A stretch of DNA of 59,511 nucleotides, filler included, from Sphacelaria rigidula (Eukaryota), in the NCBI GenBank assembly GCA_964200075.2. It is 10 parts of 10 records of this genome, joined end to end, with 100 filler letters (N's around TTAATTAATTAA, not from the genome) between each part and the next. Parts side by side here need not be neighbours in the genome. Positions count along the whole stretch, not along the records: positions 1 to 5,862 come from CAXNAA020023898.1; positions 5,963 to 11,823 come from CAXNAA020023899.1; 8 more parts are not named here. One strand, written 5' to 3'. The notes under the pieces were generated by a model. That model made no database searches and was not told where the DNA came from. It saw only the letters and a list, made by a program, of their open reading frames with translations. A program made the translations under genes and the position numbers. Numbering within the stretch: position 1 is the first letter of the stretch; each line of letters begins with the position of its first letter. Positions 1-11,554 of the stretch are shown piece by piece.

Positions 1-418
1 TGATCTCGGTGGCTGAGAATTGCCCAGAACGTGCAAGGGAGTATGCAGCGGCAGCTGCTGCTGCAGTCGGAGAGGCGTACTACACTGTACCGTACTATCC
101 TGTCGTATGCGTGCGCGACGCAACGCTGCTGCCCTTCGAAAATAATTTGTCGCATGCAACAAAGGGGTAAATGGCGGCCCACCCCGACCATAAAGGGCTG
201 TGCGGCAAGGTGATGGGGACAAAAGTATCATCCGAAGCCGCAAGTGGCGGGCGGCCCGCCGGTCGCCGCATCCTATTAGGTCTCTCCCGCGACCCATACT
301 GCGTGCTACATACATGAGATGTACACCACCTAATGCGCACCCTGCACATGAAAATAGATTGGATGAAACTTTCGGTCTTCGTCATACCCTGCGGTTACAT
401 ACACGGGTTTTCACAACA
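1..418. mobile_element. Dispersed repeat, possible LTR or solo-LTR fragment
   Basis: Positions 1-50 match 53501-53550 at 47/50 nt. The stretch ends in an LTR-like TCACAACA at 418, and the other copy extends back to AGTTGACATG at 53451. The LTR call is inference. Confidence 0.4.
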
Positions 419-718
419 CGCCACTGTTTCATACAGACGCCAGACACATCATTCCTGGGCAGCCTCATTGGTCGTTCTGGAGGCCCGGTCCCGTAAGGGC
501 TAAACGATAAAACGACGGCAACGCTCCAACACACACGGACACTCGCGTCAGCGACATTCTGGTGAAGTTTCGGCCAAAAATACCTCGAATTGGGCGCGAC
601 ATCGCACTTTTCGTGTAACACGGCATTGCCGGTTTAGTTCAAGTGATGGAGGAGACTCCAATTGTGAAGGTTATGAGGTCGAACCCAGACAAATTCTCTT
701 TTTTTTTCCGTCCGTCGT

Positions 719-960
719 CAATCCTTAGATCGCGAGGGTAGTCTACTGTATCTGGATCAATAACCCTTAGACCGCGAGGTTAGTCTCCTGTTGAATCGGC
801 ATCAATTTCAAGTGAAAAAAATATGCATGATCCAGAAAGATTCATCTCGCGATCTAAGGGTTGACCCTTTGACGGCGAGGAAAGGTCACCTACTGAATCG
901 GCATCAAGTCCACTTGAAAGAGTATGCGTTATCCAGATGGATTGTACGCAAGGCAAGAGT
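719..960. mobile_element. Stack of ~100-bp piggyBac-type (TTAA) MITEs
   Basis: Full unit 764-860: ATAA|CCCTTAGACCGCG...CGCGATCTAAGGG|TTGA. A second unit starts at 865 and a partial unit at ~723. The full unit is near-identical to 32330-32427. Confidence 0.7.
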
Positions 961-1438
961 CGAGGTGATATATTATGCAGTACATATTTTTCATCTTGTT
1001 CCTCCATTTAGCGGCGACGCCGTGTGTTACCAGGTTGGTCTGCACTTCACATCGATATGCTCAAGTCGCGCTGATTTCGAAAACTTGAGAAGTTGTGGTG
1101 TAGAAGGCAAGTGCGGGATTTACTGCTGGCCCAGCTCGTAATTTACTCGATTTTGATGCAGGAATACAACGGCCTTGCCACAAAGATCTCCAGAGCTTGG
1201 CTGTCAAGGGGATGTATGAGGGTGAGGGGCTGGCATTGAGGGGGGTCGCAGGTTGCAGCAGCCTACGTGAACAGGGACGGCCATGCTTGGATTCATTACT
1301 GTTGAATGATGTGATACTTGTATGCGTGCGGCACTTCTCGACTAGCTTGACGCACTGACTGTACAGTGTTGCAGCGTTGTACTGCTGGTTGAACTGTACG
1401 CGATGTGATCACACTAGTACCGATGGCCGATGAATCGT

Positions 1439-1559
1439 GCGTGTGTACCATGTGCGGTGTAACATTATAGAGTAGTCACAAGTTATGGCGGGGGGTCGCG
1501 TGTGTACCATGTGCGGTGCAACATTATAGTGTAGTCACACCTTATAGCAGGGGGGTCGC
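1439..1559. repeat. Tandem duplication, 59-bp period, two units
   Basis: GTGTGTACCATGTGCGGTG(T/C)AACATTATAG(A/T)GTAGTCACA occurs at 1441 and 1500. Confidence 0.9.
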
Positions 1560-1589
1560 CTCGCTGCCCAGGTGTGTTCGAAGGCATAG
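1541..1589 (-). CDS. Putative small internal exon of the unknown minus-strand gene (YAFEHTWAARRPPCYK)
   Basis: ttttag acceptor and AAG|gtgtga donor. Phase fits the donor at 2532. A further possible exon, 1262-1179 (AAATCDPPQCQPLTLIHPLDSQALEIFV), would need a GC donor. Confidence 0.35.
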
Positions 1590-2531
1590 CTAAAAGGGGA
1601 ATGCATCCACCCTCGGAAATGAGATCAACTAAAAACGTTCGTATGTATGTCCACAAAAACGTGCGTGATGTCTCCATAATAGCTGGACGTGTTACGTATG
1701 TGCGTCTTCGGTCGTTCCACACCTACGGTCCGCCTCGGAAAAACAAAAGAAAACACTTGGTCGGTCTTGGGTCGGTACAAGTTAGTTGATAAGGTGACAC
1801 AAATCAGGACTACGATGTTGTGTTTTGTCTGCGATCCTGTGCAACTAGAATTGTTTCGACTTGTTCCTCCTATTCTTGTCGAGTGCATTGATGTGGCAAC
1901 GCAGAGCAGTGATTGTGGGCTGCACAAAACGCCACAAGCACACGCGTCGATACGAGCATAACAGTAACATGCCGCTTACTCTACTACTCTATGCCCATGA
2001 AAAAAAGTTATTGTTGGTCCATTCAAAACCCGCAATGCATATGTACTTTTACATGATCGCACGGTTGGGCATGAAGGACATGGCTTGGTGAAAATGGCTG
2101 TACAGCAAGAAACGACCACGTGTCCACTTGTCGGTGTTTTGATTCGCCTTTTTTCATTTTTGCCTCCACTCATGACTATATACTGTAGTATGAATTGCCA
2201 CAAAATTGACAACGGTACCGTAGTCTTCGTCACCATCTCCCCTCACGTGCAACGAATAGATTGTCGGATAGCCGGCTAGTACAGCCGTGGGACAATACTG
2301 CGTGAGCAGTTCGAGGGGAGTGGGGGGGGGCGAGGGGAAAGGCAATGCAAATTCCCGTCTACTTTCGATCAAGCGGTAAAATCCTCGAAGTTCAAGTGTG
2401 TGGAATTGTTTGGAGCCATACGTAACAAGCATTCCCTCGCACCAAAGATTTCGCTGTTGTCGTGAACAGGTAAATAAACGGCGCACGTCCGAAATGTCTG
2501 TCCTAGAGCCCCAGGGGGAATGATGACTTAC

Positions 2532-3631
2532 CGGTGTCCGGCGATATGCATGGTCATCGTAATGGCTCCACGTTCCCCGCCGCCCACCCAACCATCTGGC
2601 AAGACACCAAGCCTCCTCAGGATTGCCTGGTCTCCACGTCCGTCAGCAGCAGGACCCGAGAGTACTTCGAAAGTCTTCGTAGACGTGCACGATGTCAAAT
2701 GCCGTGACACACCTTCGACCTTGGACGCACCAAAGCAGCTCAGACTCTTCTTCAGCACCTTTCCAAAGTCCTCTCCCTTCTTCCGCTGCTGTTGTCGATG
2801 GTGTACACCATTACTGCTGAACCGTTCCTCGTCGGCTGCTATGCTCGAGCGGCGCCGCAAAGTTACAATACTACTCGGCGGGCAAGCCGCGTATGAGACC
2901 GGCGGGCAGTGTGAGTGAAGCAAGTGAGGGGCGAGTGTAGCTCGCGTGCAGCGGGAGAGGTGATGAGGCTCGGAAAAGCTTCGCTCGCGAGCGCCTCGCT
3001 CTTCAGGGAATGCCGAAATTTGGTCAAGTTGGACTTTCCTGTCTCGTTGGATTGTCTGTCGTTGCTGCTCTTCTTCACGTTGCTGGCGGTGTGGCGGGTC
3101 GATGAAGCCGTAGCCTACCCGAGTGCTAACCTCCCGAGAGGAATTGATGGGGTCACTCGTTCCAGAGTGGACGCTCGTTGTTATTTCTTGATGCAGTTGC
3201 GGGCATTGGTCAGCGGAGCTATCACTCGAGCTGCGTGAGGCATTTTCTGTCTCCGCGAGCGACTCCGGTTTCACCACCTCCTGTTGTTGCCCCTTTCCCA
3301 ACACGACTCTGTCTTCTATGGAGCGTCGGATATCTTCGAGCGACACGCCACCCAAGAGACCACCCACAAGATCACCCATGTGATGATCATGGTCGTGGCG
3401 GGATGAACCTACTTGATCCTCACGGAGATCAGTGTCAACGTAAAACAGCTCTCCCTCGCTTTGAAGCCTGTACTTCCTGTCCCCATCTGAGTTCCAGACG
3501 TCACCGTCATTTACGCGCTCCGGCCGGTCCATCTCGTACAGAGGGGTTGAAATCTTCATGTTGGACATGAAAACGTGGTTGTCCCTGCCTGCCTCCTCGT
3601 GTTCGTTGGCTTGCCTGTGGCGTTGTTGCAC
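2532..3631 (-). CDS. Large exon of an uncharacterised, mostly disordered protein
   Basis: 367-codon stop-free ORF in otherwise non-coding DNA, ending at a consensus donor (CAC CG|gtaagt). First ATG is at 3568; an upstream acceptor near 3646 is also possible. No domain recognised. Confidence 0.65.
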
Positions 3632-4894
3632 GTTACGATTTCCTGCTGTGAATTGATTTTACTTCCTTGCCCGACGATGTATGTAGAGGTGCGTGTGGTG
3701 TGTGATGACGGGGGTGTGATGAATTACGAGTTGCTCGTGTGTCTGTTCGACGGTCTGGTCAGGAATATTGACCCGGTTTGAAGTGCGTGCGTACGTACTA
3801 CGTACACCAAAGCGTGTACCCCACAATAGCTTCATATTTTTTTATTTTAGAACAGGAACCGCTTTTTGGCTTTTCAGACCTAGGTACGTTATAATGGTTG
3901 GATATCCGATTACGACTGGTTGTCCGTATTTTGGTCCATCGGCTTCAAAAATCGTAAACGCTATTAGTACGTTGTCTTCCGTTGATTCTATTGGTCTAGA
4001 TTTGTTCCGAAAGTATGGTCAGGGTATCAAATTTTAGGCTACCGTACGTACTTTGTTCGTACTTCATCAAGAGGGGTACTCTTCCGAAACCGCAATGTTT
4101 CGTTCTACCTCTGTTGCATTTGCGGGCTTTGGATTCGGATTTTGGATCTCGGGCAGGGAGCTGCTCTCCTCGTCGCACAATGCGGTTGTATGAGGTCAAT
4201 GACGTGGTGCTTGGTAGCTTTAACTGGCCTGATATTATATTCGCGTTTTATCATGTAATATCAAGTTGCTCCAAATTATCTGACACTAAGAAATACTCGC
4301 TTCGATCAGGCCAAGCACGATTATCGTCCGGCTTTGAAGTACGGCGCAGACAGTCCAATTGCTGTATGGGGACGTGAGACATGAAAACCAGTGGTGAACT
4401 TGTTATACTTGCACTGCACAACAGTCGGTCAAGTATGCGAATATGGCACTGCGCTCTGTGCATGTAATGGTTCCTCTTTCTATGGGGTTTCTTTGATGAA
4501 GAGGCCTTATAAGCTTCAACATCTTACGATCAGTCGTCTATCCATCAATCGAATGGGGTGAGGGCTCTGCACACCGTGGAAGTTATACCGTCAGCACAGT
4601 TGTAGAGCTCCCACCAGTCAAGTGTACCGTAAAACAGTAAAGTCAGTAAAAAGAATCCAGCGGTAGACTCCTTCCTGCAAGCTTGAGATCCAGTGCACCC
4701 GTACACTCTACTGTTCTGCCTGTGTCTGTACACTGCAGTCATGTGTGCAGCATCCGTACACGAGAGACAAGACCGCAATATTGCATTGCACTGTCTGGTG
4801 TACTATGCTGTACTCGAATGTCTGTTGTACAGCTGTTGCGCAGATAGGAGTAGTACTTAGGGGAGTGTGCTAGTCGTGCATTCGTGCAGCTACT

Positions 4895-5089
4895 ATGGCT
4901 GCTACTGGCGATGAATTCACTTTGGGTGGTACAACTACTGCTGCTACAACGATCGATTTTCTCGACGGGCTGGATCTGAGCACAGCAAGCTTAGAGGATA
5001 TGACGGAGGCGTTGAGGAAGTTGGAGGGTCAAAAACAAGACGTTATCGAGGATATCCGGCAGCTCCGTGTGCGCCTCGAGAATGAAAAG
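4895..5089 (+). CDS. Probable first exon of an unknown coiled-coil protein
   Basis: ATG start and 65 codons with a heptad pattern (LEDMTEALRKLEGQKQDVIEDIRQLRVRLENEK), ending AAG|gtgcac. Confidence 0.65.
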
Positions 5090-5702
5090 GTGCACCCCTT
5101 GTTGTGTTATCACGCGAAACAAAGTTTATTTTTTCAGGCAGGAGATTGACCGACACGTGGGGCGGTGTTGTTCTTGTGTCACTAGGCATGGTGCTGGTGC
5201 GGTGATTGTTCATTCGGGTACATGAACGACGGGGGGGTGCAATAGGCAAACGTGCATCGGCTGGTATGTATCCGTCCACGAGTAATCGCTGTAACCATAG
5301 CCCCCAGCAAGCAAACGGGTTCGAGAGCAACGTATTGTAGATGGGATCGGGGGCATTGAACCCTGTTATTTTTGCACAGTTCAACGGTGTAAGTGTGGTA
5401 TCATGCATGCGAGACTGTCGGGTCTACAGCTTGCTACAACAGCTCTGGGTGTTACGTAGGGCTCGCAAATTTGACTACTCGTATGACGCTGTGATACCAG
5501 CAGTCTCACGTTCATTGAACAACAGCTGGGCCGGCCTAGACGCGGAATTAAGCTCTCAAAGCAATAACTCATCGACACAGACGAGTTGAGCCGTGATCCA
5601 CATATGGTACTGTATTGAAAACCCACTTTTATGGCAGGCACGAACATTTTTTCAAAATCGGAGCGGGGGGGGAAATCGGGGAACGCATTTTGAGCATTTT
5701 TA

Positions 5703-5862
5703 GGCCAACTCTTCTGGGAGCGTTTAGAATTTTATTTTTGCAATAACTTTAAACGACTTTTTTTCTTTGCCGTGGTTGTGTATTTTGTGCCCGTTCACCA
5801 CCAGGCCGCTTCTTATAATAGACAAAAATAAAAACCCGGGAAAATGTATTTTTGGAGCTTTT
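5703..5862. mobile_element. Harbinger/Tourist-type MITE, cut by the contig end
   Basis: TTA|GGCCAACTCTTCTGGGAGCGTTTAGAATTTT matches the TIR of 30079-30254. Confidence 0.6.
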
Positions 5863-5962
5863 NNNNNNNNNNNNNNNNNNNNNNNNNNNNNNNNNNNNNN
5901 NNNNNNTTAATTAATTAANNNNNNNNNNNNNNNNNNNNNNNNNNNNNNNNNNNNNNNNNNNN
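5863..5962. other. Artificial contig linker N44-TTAATTAATTAA-N44 (first of nine)
   Basis: Identical 100-nt linker, with stops in all six frames, every 5961 nt. Others: 11824-11923, 17785-17884, 23746-23845, 29707-29806, 35668-35767, 41629-41728, 47590-47689, 53551-53650. Confidence 0.98.
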
Positions 5963-6375
5963 AAACAACCAAGGGAAGCAACAAATGAGTACCCCCCCTA
6001 CCCCCCCTCTCCCCGCCTCCCTCGACGCGCGTCCACAGATCCAAGGGGTCGACCCATCTCTCGACCGCGGTGAATCGGTAGTGTTAGTATCTCTGCACGG
6101 AAAATGCGGTGGTCTGAGTGTGTTGATGAAATCGATGGTCTACTATTCGCCAATCTCCTCCCAAGATCTGGCCGTTGTGACGATAAACAGGTGTACCCAA
6201 GCTGAAATGAATGTCTTGAAGCAATCATTTTGTGTGATTTTCCGGGTGCACGCCTTTTGCTGAGTGCGTATATTGACATTTATTGATGAATAGATTGTGC
6301 CACGTTTTCAGTAATGCGCTTCGAATGCAGCCGTTGTCACTACGGCATCAAAGGCAAATATACGCCCACGAGGTA

Positions 6376-6583
6376 GAGGTATCTCAAACTCGGTTCCCGG
6401 TTTCCTGGTTTGTTTTGTTATATTTTCCAAGTGAAAGTGATGGCAATTCATCAGATGATGGGACCCTTTGACCGCCAGGTCAGGTCCTCCTGTGAATCGC
6501 CATCAATTTCACTTGAAAAAATAGTACAAAACACAGTGCCAGCGAATAGACCAGGGAACCGGAAACCGAGTTTGAGATACCTC
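6376..6583. mobile_element. Tc1/mariner-type MITE, TA TSD, ~34-bp TIR GAGGTATCTCAAACTCGG
   Basis: TA|GAGGTATCTCAAACTCGG...CCGAGTTTGAGATACCTC|TA. Relatives at 54660-54835, 58699-58800, 32265-32462 and 32805-32888. Confidence 0.85.
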
Positions 6584-6610
6584 TAGTAAGGAAGGGAATA
6601 AAATGGAAAT

Positions 6611-7457
6611 ATAGTTGCTATAGGAGGTGTGACTGCCTTTGACGGAGAGTTTCACTTCTTCACCAGACGAATTCTTCACATGTTGGACGTGCACGAGTAT
6701 GGCTCGTCGCACTCGCACTCGTTGGGCTGCTCGTTGGCCGTTCTGGGGGGTCTTCGAGCACTCGGGTCATTGCCCGTTGTGGAAAAATTAATAGGGCGAG
6801 CACTCGAGTCATTGCTCGTTGTGAAAAAAGTAATAGGGCGAGCACTCGAGCCATTCATGTTGTGTTTTGAAAATATAAACGAGTGCGCTCGTTTCGACGA
6901 TTATTGACTCGCCCGACGTGTGGAATTCTCTAACTGTTTCAATAAAATAAAATAAATCGAACAGGGATTATACCCTTCGATAACAACACGCCTGATTCAT
7001 GGTTGACAACAGAACCTGCCGCGGGTCGGTCGTAATCACAATTCCCTGTCGTGATCACTGTGGTTATCACACCGTCAACCGGGCGAAGGAGGGAATACAA
7101 GATATTGTAGACATACGGTGCATACCACCCATGACACAAGATCTAGTCCATGATGAGAGCGGTGGCCAAAAGAGACCTAGGTCCGTTACATGACATATAT
7201 GCGTTCTGTATGTACTTACATAACATTTGCGTTCTGTATGTAACTATAGGTAGGTCTGTTTGATCCGCGACTCGTAACGTTGTGCTAGCCTACGAGCGTT
7301 GTCGTTGCCAAACACCCGTCGTGTTATCCCAGGAAAGTTGCCCTCACATGTCATACTCCGGGAAAAGTAGCAACGGTCTGAAAGTTCTCGAGATTTTTTT
7401 CTGGTGAAGAAGTGAAACTTTCCGTCCAGAGCACTCACGCCCCCGATAGCATTCTGT
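6611..7457. mobile_element. Non-autonomous TIR element with ~56-bp inverted ends and an internal 42-bp tandem repeat
   Basis: 6611-6667 is an inverted match to 7400-7457 (shared core AGTTTCACTTCTTCACCAGA). 42-bp units start at 6755, 6797 and 6839. Confidence 0.6.
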
Positions 7458-8283
7458 CGCTATACTCTTTGGGGGCTCGACCGGTTGGGCTCCGATAGAG
7501 TTTCTCTGCAACTGTTGCAGAACAATAAGATGTGAGATAGCACTGTCCGACTTTAATCAATGATGGAGGACTCCATGTCTTGTAAGGGATAGCAGGGACG
7601 GTATTGGAAGGACGAGCCTACGTCTGTGACCACGGGTTCGAGAGATCGGACTAATGTGTGGAGATGATAAATAATAATAGTAATGCGGTTGTCCCGTAAG
7701 GTGACGACCACCTAGGCATCCCGACGGGGTCTGGTGTGTGTGCGGGAGATTTATCCAGGCTGCGGAAAGATGCGGCGGAGATGTTGTAGGTCCTGTGACG
7801 TTCTGCCGTACGAGGGTGCCCTGGAGAGTGGTTACCAGAGGAGCTACTTTGGCAAGAACAGATCAAACCATGGAAAAAGAAGGTCTAGGGTGAAAATAAT
7901 AGATGGCGATGGGTCGTCTCATCCCGCCCTCAGACTAAGGGGAGGCCTGGTGCGCAGCACTTGTTGCCCGCGGCATTGTTTTAGTTGTTTTTGTTCGTAC
8001 AGTGCAGAGGGCATGCCCGAAAGTTGGTGGAAGTCGACTCCCGTGCTCTGCCTAGCTAGAGGCCGTGCTCGACCTGCCTCCACGTAAGGAGTGCGTTTCG
8101 ATCGATTTCAGAGGAGCACGGACATAGCCCGTGCCTGTGTTTTGCCTAGACCCCTTTCTTGGTTGAAAATAGCGTGGGTCGACACAATTTTATCTAAAGC
8201 CCTAAACTAAAGGAGAATGAAAAAATAATGTTTTTGTATCCTTTTTGTGTTTTGACTCCCCCTGTTTGCGTGCATTTTTGAAG

Positions 8284-8433
8284 GTTGGTGAATGCCCTGG
8301 ATGACGAGCCCGGTAGGGACAACAGTCGGACATGGTTCATCCTGCACATCGATGCCAAGGCGGAGTCCGTGCACACGCAGCTTGTGTCCGCATTCGAAGG
8401 CCGCCCCAACGTCATTCTCATGGACGACGGAAG
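8284..8433 (+). CDS. Glycosyltransferase family 14 (Core-2/I-branching or xylosyltransferase-like), internal exon
   Basis: LVNALDDEPGRDNSRTWFILHIDAKAESVHTQLVSAFEGRPNVILMDDGR contains the GT14 HxD.K motif. ag/gt boundaries splice in frame to 11020. Confidence 0.85.
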
Positions 8434-9319
8434 GTACAGTACGGTACGACTCGATCCACCGGACGAGCAGGAGTACAGTACAGTACAGTACAGCTCAGTA
8501 CATAACGTGCTGTGAGCATGCGTACGTACCGAGATGGATCACGGGATCTTCGGCGGTAATCTTTTGTACGGTTGATCGGAGTTCGCGTAACGAGAACGAT
8601 TCATCTATCCGCGGAGATGTGTTCCGTTAGGTCTTTGCTCCGTAAGCTTGCAGCCCTTAACGCCCGTGTTTATTTTTTGAAGCCCTAGCCCCAACAGGGA
8701 TTTTTTCAGCACATTTATTTGTTTCCAAAGCTCATTACCTTCTCCGGGAAGGTTTTTCTGCGGGGCCCGCTGAAGGCGCCGCGCCGGGCTGCCTATCGTC
8801 CTGTCGGACGAGAACACGCTACACACCATTCGTACCACCGACCAATATTTCGGAGCAGGAGGCCCGCTGCCGGCTGCTGGGTGGGGGAGAAAACGTTTTG
8901 GGCCGACAAGAATAATCAGAGGCCAGCGAAAAAAGTAAAAGCCAAAAATGAAAAGGGGCGCCAAAGAAAGAAAATACGGCACAGATCGCATGGTGATTGT
9001 GCTCCATGGTGAATATCACATACATGTAGTGTTGTCCTGTGGTATGATTTTGTGTTTATTTTTTATATGCATCAACTTGTGGCTAGATCTAGAGTTACGT
9101 ATGGCACTCCCCCCCACCATTTTTTGAAGTAGTTTGATTTTGTGTCTTTCCAGTCGCCGTGAGTTTTTGAGATCTTGCTCGTCTGTCAGCATCGATGACC
9201 GCGAAACTGCTTGTTTTGTTTGTGTTTTGTTCTCAAAAAGTTGTCCACAGTTTCAGTTTGGGCTGTTCGTCTCTGCATCGGTACAGCGTAGTTCACGCTT
9301 TCGACCCATAATTTCCTGG

Positions 9320-10037
9320 GCAGCGAATGCCTTCCGTGATACCTACCCAATTGTCGCATGCATGGTATCATACTGACCGCTATGGACAACTGAAGAGCGT
9401 GACGTAGCCGGATTTTTGTTGAAGACCATAGTGATGGCGCTAGGGGCGAAAAACATGCATTGAAATTGTTTTGAACTAGAAATACGAATTCCCAACCCAA
9501 TTTCTCCCCAGTTTCCAAATACTTCACATTGTAGTAAACGCCATCAGCTCGGGAACCTAACGGAATTTTTTTTTTTCTAATAAAGGTTACTATGAGATCG
9601 AGTTATACCCCAAACCGTGAGGTTTTGGCGTCGTAGACTATCTACTGATGATCCGCACCAAGTACCCAGAAAGGCTCCCGACGGTTTTCCTTACATATGT
9701 TGTAGCAAAGCTCCGACCGCCCTCAAACTTGGCAGTTCGGGGGGAATTAAATGCCCCAAAGCAAAATAAATAGTTGTCGTATATTTCCAAGTTTCTCCGC
9801 CCTTACCGGCTTCCAGGGGACCCCGCTTGAAGACCCCCGACAGCCGGTATGGAATACGTGAAAATAAAGAATAACTAGATTGTACGTCCTGGGGTAGTCG
9901 ACGGAACATTTGTTCGAAGTGTCTGTACGCAGCTGAAAAAAGTGATGCACTGAGGTCGTTTTTACGTCAAACGTACCCGAACAAGCCGTTGCAGTACTCA
10001 AACGAAGTAGGTAGGATTTTGTACCTTTCAAGCCCAC
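9320..10037 (+). repeat. ~700-bp dispersed repeat, colinear diverged copy at ~34905-35655
   Basis: Shared anchors in the same order: AATGCCTTCCG, ATGGTATCATACTGACCGC, TAGCCGGATTTTT, TTGGCGTCGT, TACCGGCTTCC, TTTCAAGCCCAC. Confidence 0.85.
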
Positions 10038-11019
10038 TTTGTCGCACAGAAGCCGATATGTTCACGCCGATTCTCGCAGTTAGACTCGAGAAATTCGCAC
10101 ACAGACATCATGTGACCATGACTGGATCCCTGGGGGGTCAGTAGAAGTGCGATAATCAAGACACAATGGGGCATTTCGGAACTCCTCACGGATGAGGTTT
10201 CTATTTTAGTTTTTTCCCCCGATTTCGGGGGTCCAAAAACAGCATGTAACTCCCTAGGACCCTGGGACGCCCTGATAACCGGCGGAAGAAATCGAAAACC
10301 CCCTCTCCTTCAAAGTTTCGAAATACCCCGCAGTGTTGCTGTGCAAAAATTTAAGAGTCCAACTCCAAGAATCGGCATGAAGACTTGCGCATAAGTGAAT
10401 TTGAGGTCGGACGCATGAATCAGCCTGTTTTTTTTTTTTTCGTTACACTTTCAACCCCCCCGTCTCCCTCGGCACGAGTCCGTGGTCTAATGGTCTCATG
10501 GTCTCAAGGGATTATCACCTTCCTGTTGCTCCCTGTGAAAACTCAGACGACTAAGGCAAGCAGTAGATGAGTACGCCCTTTCCCCCCTTGCCCCCTGTAC
10601 ACGCCTTACGATTTGGTATCGCGGACTGGAGCATGACCATCTGCACGCTTTCAACGACAGAAATCAGACACTTCTCAGCACAAGAACAAAAAACCTGTCG
10701 GGAATCGAACCCGCAGTCTTTCGACATGATGGCTTTTCAATTGTACCATTACCGTTAGACGGCAATTGTGTATCCTACAAAGGAAGGCGGACTTACTCCC
10801 CGCCCCCCCTCTCGTCGCCGCGTTCGTGCGCTGTTGTCCGTCAAGTATTGTGCGTTAAGTACGTGTGTTGACGCAAAGCACGTTCAGCTCGACAACACGC
10901 ATCAAATTCTGCTGTGTGCATGAAAACCCCGAAGTGATATACAACAGCATATACAGTATATGTCAACCGTTTCACCCATTGCACACACTGCTCTGTCTGT
11001 CTGTCTGATGGCATAACAG

Positions 11020-11194
11020 GATGGACGTTGCATGGGGAGGCTTCAACGTGGTGCAGGCCACCCTCAACGCGGTGAAGCTAGCCGTGGACAGAGAGATTCC
11101 GTTCAACTGGTTGTGGATCCTCAGCGGCACGACATACCCAATCGCGTCGAACAACGCCATCCGCGAGAAGCTAGCTGCTTACCACCCCGAGTCG
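11020..11194 (+). CDS. Glycosyltransferase family 14, next exon
   Basis: RMDVAWGGFNVVQATL...WLWILSGTTYPIASNNAIREKL matches the GT14 VxWGG and LSGxxYP motifs. cag acceptor, TCG|gtgaga donor. Confidence 0.88.
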
Positions 11195-11554
11195 GTGAGA
11201 TGTCTGCGCGTATGGGGTGAGGGGTGAGGGGTGAGGGGGAAGAGATTTTGGTCAAGTTCACCACGCTTGCCTGTCGTCAGTACTCCCGCGTCCCGTGGTG
11301 AATGGATTCGCGTGTCCCTTGTGGATGATCGGCGAGGGGTAGGTACCCAGTATTGTTCATTGCCATATGTATCAATCCAGGTCCGGATGGAAACGTGCCC
11401 GTCTCGACTTGCGGAGCGTAACCGAGGCCTTTCCCATGAATAAAGAACGCTCAAACGTAGGTTAAAGTGCAATGGTCACGTGCTTGAACACCATCCCAAT
11501 GTAGAGGAGACAAGTCCCGCCAAGCATGACATGTTGAATTTTATGTATATTTTT

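Noticed and set aside
2532..2560. HIAGHR as the start of a glycerophosphodiesterase (HRG) domain
   Set aside because: I found no downstream exon supplying G...PENT.
5907..5918. Regularly spaced TTAATTAATTAA motif suggesting an array
   Set aside because: It is embedded in N runs at an exact 5961-nt period, so it is an artificial linker.
6755..6855. CRISPR-like short direct repeats
   Set aside because: The units are contiguous 42-bp tandem copies without unique spacers, in a eukaryotic context with no cas genes.
7576..8186. Possible solo LTR (TG...ACA)
   Set aside because: No TSD or second copy could be found.
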